Source: Terriglobia bacterium (GTDB taxonomy: Bacteria > Acidobacteriota > Terriglobia > 20CM-2-55-15). Taken from it: a stretch of 64,000 nucleotides of DNA. The notes under the pieces were generated by a model that saw nothing but the letters and a program-made list of their open reading frames with translations, did no database searches and was not told the DNA's origin. Within the stretch, counting starts at the first letter, position 1. Each line of letters begins with the position of its first letter. The position numbers and the translations under genes were made by a program. The stretch is taken from assembly GCA_965218585.1 (NCBI GenBank), contig CBDCLE010000024.1, forward strand, positions 128,001 to 192,000. Reading direction: 5' to 3'. This document shows, piece after piece, positions 12,663-23,985 of this stretch.

Positions 12663-12711
12663 TGAACTCCTCCTCTTCCTTTAAGCTCCTTTACGGAGCT
12701 TTTCTTCAAGG

Positions 12712-13236
12712 TCACGTTCGAGAGCGGGAGCCTAATCCGCCCTGGACCCGGTACCCATCACCTGCAACCGTATGATTCTTCTCACGAGGACCATCGAGTT
12801 CTCCCATAATAACACTTTGCCACTCCCCCAAAACGAGGTCGCCATCGGCAACGGGTAACGTAATGTGGGTGCCCAGTACAAGTGTCCGCAGGTGCGAATC
12901 CGCATTATTGCGGTCGCAGTCGGACCATTCGGGATCGTTGTGCCTGTAATACGCTCCGCGACTAACAAGGTTTTCCATGTGCGTCTTAATATCGAACAGC
13001 AGGGCATCCTGCCACTCGTTTATAAAAATAGCACACGTGGTATGCATCGAAGCGATCATCAACTGGCCGGCGTGAATACCGGATGATCTGACAAAGTCTC
13101 GCACTTGCTGGGTGAGATTGTGCAGTTCCATCCGATCCTTGGTGTCGAACTTGATTGTCGTACTGGCGACTGAATATGGCCCTGAAGCAACTTCGATCAT
13201 GGGCTGGCCCAGCGCTTTCGCGGAGACGGAAGCCAT
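12712..13236 (-). CDS. YjbQ family (secondary thiamine-phosphate synthase); probable 1-nt frameshift near the 3' end
   Basis: HTTCAIFINE, NADSHLR, LGEWQS..ELDGPR; family-like tail RIIRLQVMG lies in another frame from ~12780. Confidence 0.85.
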   Translation of the reverse strand: MASVSAKALGQPMIEVASGPYSVASTTIKFDTKDRMELHNLTQQVRDFVRSSGIHAGQLMIASMHTTCAIFINEWQDALLFDIKTHMENLVSRGAYYRHNDPEWSDCDRNNADSHLRTLVLGTHITLPVADGDLVLGEWQSVIMGELDGPREKNHTVAGDGYRVQGGLGSRSRT

Positions 13237-13533
13237 ATGTGTTTAACCCTTTGTCGTAACGTCCGAGCGGCACACACATCGGTGCGTGTCACTCAGTCTA
13301 CTGATTGGCACAACCTGTTATTATAGCAAATTCGGACCCCTTCCTGTGAGAGCCCAAACAGCTGAAATATCTGGTCCGAAAGGGCTCTTCGTTCGAAAAA
13401 GGGGCCTCCATCATCCACTAGAGCCACGGGGCCGAAGTCTCTTCTCCCACCGCTACCTGTCGGGCCAAGGGTCGTTGACAACATCCCTTCGATTCTGTAA
13501 CAGTGGACTTTCGCGGCCGTTGTCTAGCCGCAA

Positions 13534-14046
13534 GTGCTTCAGGAGACGAATTTGCTTTCTTACCTATTGGTTGCAGTATCGATCTTGATCATAGCCGGTT
13601 TGGTTTATGCCAACCGGAAGCAGGCCCAGGTGACAGGCGGGACGATGGACGAGCCGGATGTCGATTTGACCTACCACCCGCCCGCCATACCTGCAGAACC
13701 TTCTGAGAAGGAGAATCTTGTCGATCTCGTCAGAGATCCCGAGCTTGCCCAAATGAGCACGAAGGATCTCGCCATGGAAGTGCTCAAGGAATGCTACGAC
13801 CCGGAAATACCGTTGAACATCGTGGACCTGGGCCTGATTTACGACGTGGATCTCGGAAAGGACGCACTCAAGATAAAGATGTCACTGACGGCTCCGGGCT
13901 GTCCTTCAGGCGAAGAGATCAAGCTAGACATCTTGTCGAAGCTCAAGGAGGCAGGATTCCCAAATCCCAAGATCGATCTGGTCTGGGATCCTCCGTGGAC
14001 GGCGGAAAGAATTTCTGAAGAAGGCCGAAAAGTCCTCGGAATCTGA
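13534..14046 (+). CDS. DUF59/SufT-like Fe-S assembly protein with N-terminal hydrophobic helix
   Basis: YDPEIPLNIVDLGLIY, MSLTAPGCP, VWDPPWT. Confidence 0.88.
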   Translation: MLQETNLLSYLLVAVSILIIAGLVYANRKQAQVTGGTMDEPDVDLTYHPPAIPAEPSEKENLVDLVRDPELAQMSTKDLAMEVLKECYDPEIPLNIVDLGLIYDVDLGKDALKIKMSLTAPGCPSGEEIKLDILSKLKEAGFPNPKIDLVWDPPWTAERISEEGRKVLGI

Positions 14047-14081
14047 TTTCCATTGGGTACAGACAACTCCGTAGAGAAATC

Positions 14082-14111
14082 AAAAAAGGCGGCCCGAAAG
14101 GGCCGCCTTTT
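14082..14111. terminator. Bidirectional intrinsic terminator
   Basis: AAAAAAGGCGGCCC-GAAA-GGGCCGCCTTTT between convergent genes. Confidence 0.9.
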
Positions 14112-14131
14112 CTTCTACAGATACACTCGAT

Positions 14132-16264
<2,133 letters not shown>

Positions 16265-16516
16265 TGTGCCTCCTAAGCGTGTACGCCTTTCCCGCTGCCT
16301 ACGGGCCTGTCCGGCTCGTCGGGAAGACTTCTCCTCTAGGTCGGGACAACTCAAAAATCAAAGTCCCGGTTAATATAAGTCCCAGTTCTGTGAACCACAG
16401 ACAGTCCGACAGATACACACTGCCAGACTGACATAAGCGCCCGTAGAATAACCCAATTTTCGAGTTCTTCAACACAAATTTAGGGCGAAGTCCTTTTTTC
16501 CGAGTCGTTTGGCCTC

Positions 16517-16900
16517 TCAGGAGCCGGCCTCTTCCGGTGCCCTCGCGATTTCTACCGATACGAAGCGGACTTGATCGGAAAGATCAGGGGGTGATTTCCT
16601 GACGACGACCCGAATAGTTCCACCTCCCAAATCCGCACGCACCCGGCCGGCGATGAGTTCTGCAAACGTCTCGACGAGATGAAATTCCCGGCTGCCGGCC
16701 AGTTCCACGACGAGAGTCACGATTTGGGCGTAATCGATGGTGTCCTTCAGTCGATCGGTCTGGGCAGCCCTGCGAGCATCGATGCTGACTTCCACGTCAA
16801 CCGACAATCGCTGTTTTACCTTACGCTCTTCGGCTGTTACGCCGATCGCAGCCACACATTCGATCTCGGAAACCAAGATCTTGTCGGTTAACGTGCTCAA
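16517..16900 (-). CDS. folB: Dihydroneopterin aldolase
   Basis: IGVTAEER..QRLSVDV, TIDY, FHLVETFAE, VRK.PP; start approximate. Confidence 0.88.
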   Translation of the reverse strand: MSTLTDKILVSEIECVAAIGVTAEERKVKQRLSVDVEVSIDARRAAQTDRLKDTIDYAQIVTLVVELAGSREFHLVETFAELIAGRVRADLGGGTIRVVVRKSPPDLSDQVRFVSVEIARAPEEAGS

Positions 16901-16910
16901 CAAACCGCCC

Positions 16911-17309
16911 TCACAGATCCCCTTCTCCGAGCGGTTCCCGTCCCGCAAAACCGGCTTCTCGATCATGCCAGTACTCGATCACGTCTTCACCGAGACGCCA
17001 GCAGAGGTAAACCACCCGATCCTCTCTGAGACAGGGGAAGTCGCACAGGCCTGTATCAAGGTCCTTGACGAGCACGCCCATGTCGCGCACCTGCCCCATC
17101 ATCAACATCAGATGAGAAACAGACTCGACATACTCCACTCCGTGTGGACTGTAAGCGTCGAACATGGCTTTGTCGCGGATCTTCTGAATTTCCGGGTTCA
17201 GTGACTTGATCGAGTCCCATTCCTCTCGCAGGTCTTCCATCAGCGGGCGCAACTCGGCCAGCATCTCGTTGGCTTCGCTGAGTGTAAAAATGTATTCGGG
17301 TTCTTCCAT
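16911..17309 (-). CDS. DUF2203 family protein
   Basis: FTLSEAN..L, KDLDTGLCDFP, YLCWRLGE..WH..GFAGR. Confidence 0.88.
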   Translation of the reverse strand: MEEPEYIFTLSEANEMLAELRPLMEDLREEWDSIKSLNPEIQKIRDKAMFDAYSPHGVEYVESVSHLMLMMGQVRDMGVLVKDLDTGLCDFPCLREDRVVYLCWRLGEDVIEYWHDREAGFAGREPLGEGDL

Positions 17310-17334
17310 TAAACCGGACGCTGAACCGGACCGC

Positions 17335-18246
17335 TCAAGCCTCGATGTACTTCTCGGTTTCCAACGCTGCCATGCAACCGGAACCCGCAGCCGTTACGGC
17401 TTGCTTGAAGATCGGATCCTGAACGTCGCCGCAGGCAAAGACGCCGGGAACGCTTGTGCGGCTGGAACCTGGGACTGTGACGACGTAGCCGTTGTCGTCC
17501 AGATCGATCTGGTTTCTGAATATGCTCGTGTTGGGGTTGTGTCCAATGGCAACAAACACTCCGTCCAGGTCTACCTCAGAGGTCGTATCGTCCTTGACGT
17601 TCCGAATCCGGACCCCGGTCACCGCGTCGTCTCCCAGAACATCTTCAACGACTGTACTGTAGAGAACATTAATTTTTTCGTTGCCCAGAGCGTGATCCTG
17701 CATGATCTTCGAAGCACGGAACTCGTCCCGGCGGTGAATGAGCGCAACGTCCGAAGCAAACTTGGTAAGGAAGGTAGATTCTTCCATTGCCGAATCTCCA
17801 CCACCCACAACTGCTATTTTCTTGTCTCGGAAGAAGAACCCGTCACACGTTGCGCACGTTGAAACACCGTGCCCCATCAGCCGACGTTCGTTATCCAGCC
17901 CGATCAACTTCGCCGAGGACCCGGTCGATATGATGATCGTTTTTGCTTCGAACTCCTGCTTGTCCACGAAAACCCGGAAAGGAGTCTCACCAAGTTCGAC
18001 GCGATCCACATAGCCGGTCAGGATCTCTGCACCAAACCTCTGGGCCTGTTTCTTCATGTCTTCCATCAACTGAGGACCCATTACGCCATCGGGAAATCCC
18101 GGGTAGTTGTCGACCATAGTCGTCAGCGTCAGCTGCCCACCCGGTTCGGCGCCTTCGATAAGAATTGGTTTCAGGTCGGCACGGGCAGCGTAAATAGCAG
18201 CTGTCAGGCCCGCAGGTCCGGATCCGATGATGACCACGTTGCGCAT
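17335..18246 (-). CDS. trxB: Thioredoxin-disulfide reductase
   Basis: GSGPAG, CATCDG, GGGDSA, GDVQD. Confidence 0.97.
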   Translation of the reverse strand: MRNVVIIGSGPAGLTAAIYAARADLKPILIEGAEPGGQLTLTTMVDNYPGFPDGVMGPQLMEDMKKQAQRFGAEILTGYVDRVELGETPFRVFVDKQEFEAKTIIISTGSSAKLIGLDNERRLMGHGVSTCATCDGFFFRDKKIAVVGGGDSAMEESTFLTKFASDVALIHRRDEFRASKIMQDHALGNEKINVLYSTVVEDVLGDDAVTGVRIRNVKDDTTSEVDLDGVFVAIGHNPNTSIFRNQIDLDDNGYVVTVPGSSRTSVPGVFACGDVQDPIFKQAVTAAGSGCMAALETEKYIEA

Positions 18247-18477
18247 GAATTCACCTCGTTCGGTAAGAGAATCTTATAAGGTAGCACATCCCACGGACAG
18301 CTCCCGTAGGGGGCATTACGCAACGGGCATTCGGGGTCAGCCCCGAGCGATCGGCTCAATGGGAGAGGGGTTATTCGGGGTTCGAGAAGGAGCTGAAAGC
18401 TGATGGCTGACTGCATTGTCTCCTAGGCCGTACTCCTCACCAGTCCATGATCGTCTTGTAGTACTATTTGCAGATAC

Positions 18478-18551
<74 letters not shown>

Positions 18552-18601
18552 TTTCGTTTAAGGGGCTCCGGCAGGCCAACTGACTCCTTCCGGCTTTCTA
18601 G

Positions 18602-19411
18602 GATGTGTTAACACTAATGAGCATGAATGTTTTATAATCAGGCATGGAGATCACACAGGAGCAGTATTGTCGCATCGAGCCGGAACTGCCGCGTCAGCGG
18701 GGCAACGTCAGTCTTTCGAACCTGACGGTCTTGAACGCCATTTTGTATGTGGCTGAGCAGGGCTGCAAGTGGCGCGGTCTGCCCAAGCGCTTTGGCAACT
18801 GGCACACCATCTACACCCGGATGAACCGCTGGTCCAAGAACGGGGTGCTCGACGCCGTCTTCGAAAAACTCCAGCGCGAGCAACTGGTGCGCATCCGGGT
18901 GGAAGCCGTTTCGATGGACTCGACCATTGTGAAGGTGCATCCCGACGGCACGGGAGCGTTAAAAAAAACGGTCCGCAAGCGATCGGCAAATCCCGCGGTG
19001 GATGGACCACCAAGATTCATCTGGTTGCCGCGAATGCTCGAACGGCGATAACGTTTGCGCTCTCGCCCGGCCAAGCGCACGACGCCCCGCAGGGCCGCGA
19101 TCTGCTCGCCGGCCTGGGGCCGTTGCCCGCGCCGCTGCCGCTGCTGATGGACCGTGCCTACCAGGACGACCAGACCCGCCAATTGGCTCTGGATTTTGGG
19201 TGGATTCCCGTCGTGCCGCCCAAGCGCAACCGCCTGGAGCCGTGGGAATACGACCGCGTGCTCTACCGCCGCAGGAACGAAGTCGAGAGGCTCTTCCGCC
19301 GACTCAAGGGTTTTCGGCGTATCTTCTCCCGTTTCGATAAACTCGACGTCATGTTCCTCGCCTTCCTTCACTTCGCACTCATCGTCGAGGCACTACATTA
19401 GTGTTAACGCC
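18602..19411 (+). mobile_element. IS5-family element (two ORFs, programmed frameshift)
   Basis: TIR core GTTAACACTAATG / CATTAGTGTTAAC; CTAG on both flanks. Confidence 0.9.
18644..19401 (+). CDS. IS5-family transposase (OrfA 18644-19051 plus OrfB via -1 frameshift at the A8 run ~18961)
   Basis: WRGLP.RFGNWHTIY.R..RW, DSTIVKVH, GKSRGGWTTKIH, DRAY, RNEVERLFRRLK. Confidence 0.92.
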
Positions 19412-19469
19412 CTAGTTTGGGATGATGTCGATCTGGGTGGAAAGAAGAGTGGCGAGCGGAGGCAAACGG

Positions 19470-19754
19470 TCACGGACCGAGCAGGACACCGATGATCGAG
19501 AGCATGATCGCGACCTGAATGCCGACGAGCCAGTTGAACTGGCGGGAGACGTCCTGTCGAAACCGGTCCATCTTCTGATCTAGAACGTTGAAACGCGAAC
19601 TCAGTTCTTCACGAAACCGATCCACTTTCTGGTCCACTGCGTCCACGCGCCCATTCAGCTGAACGAGGAGTGCGCGAATCTCTCCAAATCCTATGGCGTG
19701 CTCTTCCAACTTACCCTCCAGGTAAGCGACTCGTTCTTCTAGTGACGGAGGCAT
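19470..19754 (-). CDS. Small coiled-coil protein with C-terminal TM helix
   Basis: LEERVAYLEG, internal repeat DQKVDRFR/DQKMDRFR, hydrophobic tail; GGGAGG SD. Confidence 0.75.
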   Translation of the reverse strand: MPPSLEERVAYLEGKLEEHAIGFGEIRALLVQLNGRVDAVDQKVDRFREELSSRFNVLDQKMDRFRQDVSRQFNWLVGIQVAIMLSIIGVLLGP

Positions 19755-19810
19755 TGCCGACCTCCCTCAGGATTATATCGCGCCTTGCATCCAGCGTTTG
19801 ACGGGGTCGT

Positions 19811-19850
19811 TTAGGGAATCGGCACGAGACGTTTGAGTTCGGTGAACTAG
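19811..19850 (-). pseudogene. Ser/Thr kinase C-terminal stub (FTELKRLVPIP*)
   Basis: Manual translation; homologous to stubs at 21081, 23225, 27298, 30004, 33002/35775. Confidence 0.75.
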
Positions 19851-19896
19851 GTCCGCCCGGGCGCTCATCCCAGCGCACTCCAGGCCGGGCCCCTGG

Positions 19897-20343
19897 CTAC
19901 CTGCCACCCGGGCCAGGGAGTGCGCCAAGCGTCGCCGAGTCCCAGTGCTCCTGGATCAGTCCGTTTTCGACACGTACCATGTCGAACCAGTACACAGGAT
20001 ACGTCCTGCTCGAATCGTCCGGATCCTGCCACTCCTGTTTGAACATGAAGAACACGTACGGCCCGCTGGCGATGGTAATCTCCGGCCGATCCTTCCATTC
20101 GGGCTCGATTGGTTCGGGCTCGCTAAACCTAGCGAAGAATTGGCCCCTCCTTCCCCTCACCGGGCTTACGTCGATTCTCGCGGCCCAATCAACGAAGGCC
20201 TGTCGCCCGTTCTCGGATCTGGGGTTGTGCTGAATGAAGCCAGGTGCCATCGCCTGCTCGGCGAGTTCCAGATGCCCGTACTGCAGAATGTCCTTGAACA
20301 GAACCGTCGCAATTTCGACGTTGCGCTGCTCTTGCGGCGTCAA
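19897..20343 (-). CDS. SnoaL/NTF2-like domain (second domain; possibly a frameshifted continuation of upstream gene)
   Basis: FIQHNP..NGR.AF, FDMVRVENGLIQEHWD. Confidence 0.8.
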   Translation of the reverse strand: MTPQEQRNVEIATVLFKDILQYGHLELAEQAMAPGFIQHNPRSENGRQAFVDWAARIDVSPVRGRRGQFFARFSEPEPIEPEWKDRPEITIASGPYVFFMFKQEWQDPDDSSRTYPVYWFDMVRVENGLIQEHWDSATLGALPGPGGR

Positions 20344-20864
20344 GTCGAGCCTGACGGCGCTGTAGTCGATCCATCAGGAGCACCCCCCATCGGAATCTGT
20401 CGCACCTTCTCGGCATAGTCCCAGTGCTCTTGGATCAGTCCGTTCTCCATGCGCAACAAGTCATACGTGTTGTACGTGTACGTTCTCGACGGCTGGGCCG
20501 CGTCCTCAGTCTCCCGCTCGAACACGAGCACCACGAAGTCGCCCTTGGCGAACGAGGTCACCGGGGGGATTGCCAGTTCTGTGGGCATCGGCTCGAGCGG
20601 AGGATCAAGTGCTGAGAAGAACTGCACGAAGCCATCGCGACCGGTCTGCACGTTGATGTTGTGTTGAATGTAGTCCTCGGCCATGTACTGCGGTGCGAGG
20701 TCAAGGTGCCTCGCTTCGAGCACCTCGCGCCACCAGTCGAGCACGAACTGCAACTTCTGCTGCTCATCAGGCGTCATCGTGCTCGTCTGCGCCGGGAGTG
20801 GAGCGCTTGCTGTGATTAACATAACCACGGCGATCGCGACTCGTCCCGTTGTCAACATGCTCAT
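20340..20864 (-). CDS. Exported SnoaL/NTF2-like protein
   Basis: Signal peptide MSMLTTGRVAIAV..AQ; YIQHN..GRDGF, DLLRMENGLIQEHWD. Confidence 0.82.
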   Translation of the reverse strand: MSMLTTGRVAIAVVMLITASAPLPAQTSTMTPDEQQKLQFVLDWWREVLEARHLDLAPQYMAEDYIQHNINVQTGRDGFVQFFSALDPPLEPMPTELAIPPVTSFAKGDFVVLVFERETEDAAQPSRTYTYNTYDLLRMENGLIQEHWDYAEKVRQIPMGGAPDGSTTAPSGST

Positions 20865-20933
20865 GACTGCAATACCTCCTTTACCCAGGAGTGAGAGGAA
20901 CTCGTAGTAACGTACTTTGGTGCCGGATTCCAT
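20865..20933 (-). pseudogene. Ser/Thr kinase N-terminal stub (MESGTKVRYYEFLSLLGKGG)
   Basis: Resembles kinase subdomain I; homologous to 25705-25777 and 41232-41335. Confidence 0.8.
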
Positions 20934-21036
20934 GTCTCTAATGAGTCGCCGTGAGGAACGGCAGAAATCGGCTAAGTCTATCGAGGTGGAAGCGTTGTTG
21001 GCAAGGGGACGGTCAACCGCCTCGTTTTGGCGAATT

Positions 21037-21072
21037 CTCAACGTCCGGGAAGACGATTTCTCAGGCCTTGAC
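21037..21072 (+). repeat. Cassette-boundary palindrome, site 1
   Basis: CTCA-ACGTCCGGGAA-GACGAT-TTCTCAGGCCT-TGAC. Confidence 0.85.
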
Positions 21073-21135
21073 TCGGGGAATTATTGAGTCGGCACCCGTT
21101 CCTTAGAGCACGTGTCTAAGTACGCAGGCCCATAG

Positions 21136-22603
21136 TACTACTGTGTTACAAAAGGCCTATTTTATGTTAGCATCCGGTCATGAGCGCCAAATCGAAGGCG
21201 CCAGGCACTCAGGAAAAACGTTTTGCGGCCTATTTGGAACGCCTGGCGTCGGCCGCAGGACACGCCGATCGTCATGAACCGTTGAAGTCGTACTGCACCG
21301 GGTTGTTGCTGCCGATCAAACGTAAGAGTGTGGAGCCGATGGCTGCACGATTGGCTCCGGATAATGTACGCCGAATGCACCAGTCGCTACATCATCTGGT
21401 CGCGGATGCGCCCTGGGACGATGCGGCTCTGTTGGCAGAAGTTCGACAGTACGCGCTGGGGGCGATGGAAGCCAACGGTCCGATTGAAGCCTGGATTGTC
21501 GACGACACCGGATTCGTGAAAAAGGGGACCCACTCGGTGGGTGTGGCCCGGCAATACTGTGGACAGGTCGGCAAACCTGAGAACTGCCGGGTGGCGGTGA
21601 GCCTGTCGGTGGCGACAGCGAAATCCAGCTTGCCGGTGGCATGGCGACTCTACCTCCCCGAGACCTGGGCGAAGGATCCGGAACGTCGAAGCAAAGCCGC
21701 TATTCCCGAAGACGTTCGATTTCAAACTAAACCTCAAATTGCTTTGGAACAAATCCGGCAGGCCGTCGATGACGGCATTGCTCCGACACCGGTTCTGGGC
21801 GATACGGCCTACGGCAACAACTACAAGTTCCGGCACGGCATCACCGAACTCGGACTTAGCTACGTCCTAGGGGTGCAAGGCACCACGACCGTGTGGAAAC
21901 CGGGCCAGGGTCCCTTGCCGCCGAAATCCTTGACCGGCCGCGGACGGACACCGACCCGCATGCAGCGCAACAAGAAACATCAACCGGTTTCGGTCAAGCA
22001 ACTGGCCCTCTCGTTGTCTCCCCAGCGTTGGAAGAACGTCTCCTGGCGCGAAGGCACCTCCGAGACCCTGCGTTCCCGTTTCGCCGCAGTTCGCATTCGT
22101 CCCGCTCATCTGGATCACGAGCGCCACTCGCCGCATCCGAAAGAGTGGTTGTTGGTCGAGTGGCCCAAGACCGCATCCGAACCGATCCGGTACTGGCTCT
22201 CCACTCTTGGGGCCCATACCTCGCTTTCCGATCTGGCCGGTCAGGCCAAACAGCGCTGGATCATCGAACGCGACTATCAGGAACTCAAGCAGGAACTCGG
22301 TCTGGGACACTACGAAGGTCGCGGCTGGCGTGGATTTCACCATCATGGCACCTTATGTATTGCCTCTTATGGGTTCCTGGTCGCCGAGCGGAGCCGTTTT
22401 TCCCCCTCTGCATTTGTCGAGCATGTTGGACTATCCGTCCCCAAACTCCCCAAACACTTCAAACCCCGCGGAACCCCGGATCCGGCCCGAACGACATAAC
22501 CCCTGCTCGATTGCCACGCTTCGCATTCGCATCGCCCGCTTCCTGATTCAGCAGCTTCCTCGTTGTCCGTTCTGTGGACCGCTTCGTTTGTAACACAGTA
22601 GTA
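21136..22603 (+). mobile_element. IS701-family element
   Basis: Perfect 17-bp TIR TACTACTGTGTTACAAA; 4-bp TSD ATAG. Confidence 0.93.
21180..22499 (+). CDS. IS701-family transposase
   Basis: RKSVEPMA, DDTGFVKKG.HSVGVARQYCG..GK..NC, RWIIE..YQELKQELGL. Confidence 0.95.
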   Translation: MSAKSKAPGTQEKRFAAYLERLASAAGHADRHEPLKSYCTGLLLPIKRKSVEPMAARLAPDNVRRMHQSLHHLVADAPWDDAALLAEVRQYALGAMEANGPIEAWIVDDTGFVKKGTHSVGVARQYCGQVGKPENCRVAVSLSVATAKSSLPVAWRLYLPETWAKDPERRSKAAIPEDVRFQTKPQIALEQIRQAVDDGIAPTPVLGDTAYGNNYKFRHGITELGLSYVLGVQGTTTVWKPGQGPLPPKSLTGRGRTPTRMQRNKKHQPVSVKQLALSLSPQRWKNVSWREGTSETLRSRFAAVRIRPAHLDHERHSPHPKEWLLVEWPKTASEPIRYWLSTLGAHTSLSDLAGQAKQRWIIERDYQELKQELGLGHYEGRGWRGFHHHGTLCIASYGFLVAERSRFSPSAFVEHVGLSVPKLPKHFKPRGTPDPARTT

Positions 22604-22708
22604 ATAGACGATGCATAGAAAGGTGAGCGACATCAGTTATTCTGAGCTGATTGGCTTTACACACAGCTAACCTTAAGATTACTTTTGGCTCGACAAGGAG
22701 GGAAAGAC

Positions 22709-23133
22709 ATGGCGATTACGTTGCCGGAATCTGTGAAGAAAATCCTACAAGAGCAGATCCACGGGCACATTATTACGTTCAATCCGAAGGGAACGCTACA
22801 GGTCACGTTGGTCTGGCTGGATGTCGATGGGAATGATGTGGTTTTCAATACAGCCGAGGGACGGATCAAACCCAGGAATCTCCGTAACACCCGAGCATAG
22901 TTATCAGCGCCCAGGACCCGAACAACCCCCGCTCTTACATGGTGTTCTATGGCAAGGCAACTGTCAGTGAGGCCGGCGCCGACGAACACATCGACAAGCT
23001 CGCGAAGAAGTTCATGGGTGTTGACAAGTACCCGTTTCGCAAGCCAGACGAGACGCGACTGATCGTGCGAACTGCAGTCGACCGGATAGGCGGCCACGAC
23101 GACACGATGACGCCCTGGCAGAGTAGTCACTGA
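22709..23133 (+). pseudogene. PPOX-class F420-dependent oxidoreductase, frameshifted near 22900
   Basis: QVTLVWLDVDG..VVFNTAEGR.K..NL in one frame; ADEHIDKLAKKFMGVDKYP..R in another. Confidence 0.82.
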
Positions 23134-23180
23134 GCCACCCCAAGCAGTCTAGACGCCGGCGTTTTAGGCGGAAATGAAAC

Positions 23181-23216
23181 GTCAAGGTCCGAGAAGATGA
23201 TTTCTCAGGACTTGAC
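23181..23216 (+). repeat. Cassette-boundary palindrome, site 2
   Basis: GTCA-AGGTCCGAGAA-GATGAT-TTCTCAGGACT-TGAC; followed by minus-strand KERVPVP* stub (23225-23248). Confidence 0.88.
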
Positions 23217-23287
23217 CTCGGAAATCACGGCACGGGCACCCGTTCCTTCGGTGCATCGTTTTGTTAGGCACGTGATGTCTCTTGGAG

Positions 23288-23428
23288 ATGAGCGAAGAGA
23301 ACGCTGAAAAGGCGATTTCGCAGTTCAATGGAAAGGAACTGGATGGCCGGGAACTAACAGTGAACGAAGCCCGACCTCAAACCAATCGCAACAGTGGCGG
23401 AGGTGGCCGAGGCGGAGGACGCTACTAG
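23288..23428 (+). pseudogene. RRM RNA-binding protein, C-terminal half only
   Basis: MSEENAEKAISQFNGKELDGRELTVNEARP..GGGGRGGGRY*; RNP2/RNP1 region absent. Confidence 0.82.
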
Positions 23429-23595
23429 GGGTTCCGCCTAGCGAAAGAGGCAGGGGGGCTGCTTGTTCTACGTGCACCCGTCCCTGCCGCTCACGGATCG
23501 AACGACGAAAGCGATAAAACTCGCTTCCAAACTATCTAAAGTCTCTAACGAAGCGTCATTCGCCTGCTAAACCCGATTGACGTTCTGATGTTTCC

Positions 23596-23811
23596 ATGCG
23601 CCTTACGCGATCTTCGAAATCGATCGACAAACGATGGTATCTGAGCGTGGTCTGCCGGAAGTGCCGATCCGCAATATCATTCGGACTGGATCAGTCCGAA
23701 GGTAAAGGCATCTTACCGCCGATCGGGAAACTTGTGCTCACATGCGGTGAATGCGGCCATCATGCCGCCTATGACTCGACGAAGGTCTCCCGTAGCCAGA
23801 AGATGCTTTGA
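23596..23811 (+). CDS. Small Zn-ribbon hypothetical protein
   Basis: CRKC and CGEC pairs, 71 aa. Confidence 0.55.
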   Translation: MRLTRSSKSIDKRWYLSVVCRKCRSAISFGLDQSEGKGILPPIGKLVLTCGECGHHAAYDSTKVSRSQKML

Positions 23812-23871
23812 CGTTGGCTACTCTATTTCTCCCGCTGCCCGACTTGCTTGGCAAGGCAGGATCGTTGGGAG

Positions 23872-23907
23872 GTCAACGTCCGACAAGATGATTTATCAGG
23901 ACCTGAG
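23872..23907 (+). repeat. Cassette-boundary palindrome, site 3
   Basis: GTCA-ACGTCCGACAA-GATGAT-TTATCAGGACC-TGAG. Confidence 0.9.
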
Positions 23908-23985
23908 AGTCATTTTTAATGCAGAAGCTGATCCACTTGCCTTTGCAAACTATAAAACGAGGCAGAGAAATGCGCGACGATGTAC

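Noticed and set aside
19755-19810. An eighth boundary site before the 19811 kinase stub
   Set aside because: No recognisable GTCC..GATGAT core; only the downstream GGTCGTTTAGGGAA flank is conserved.
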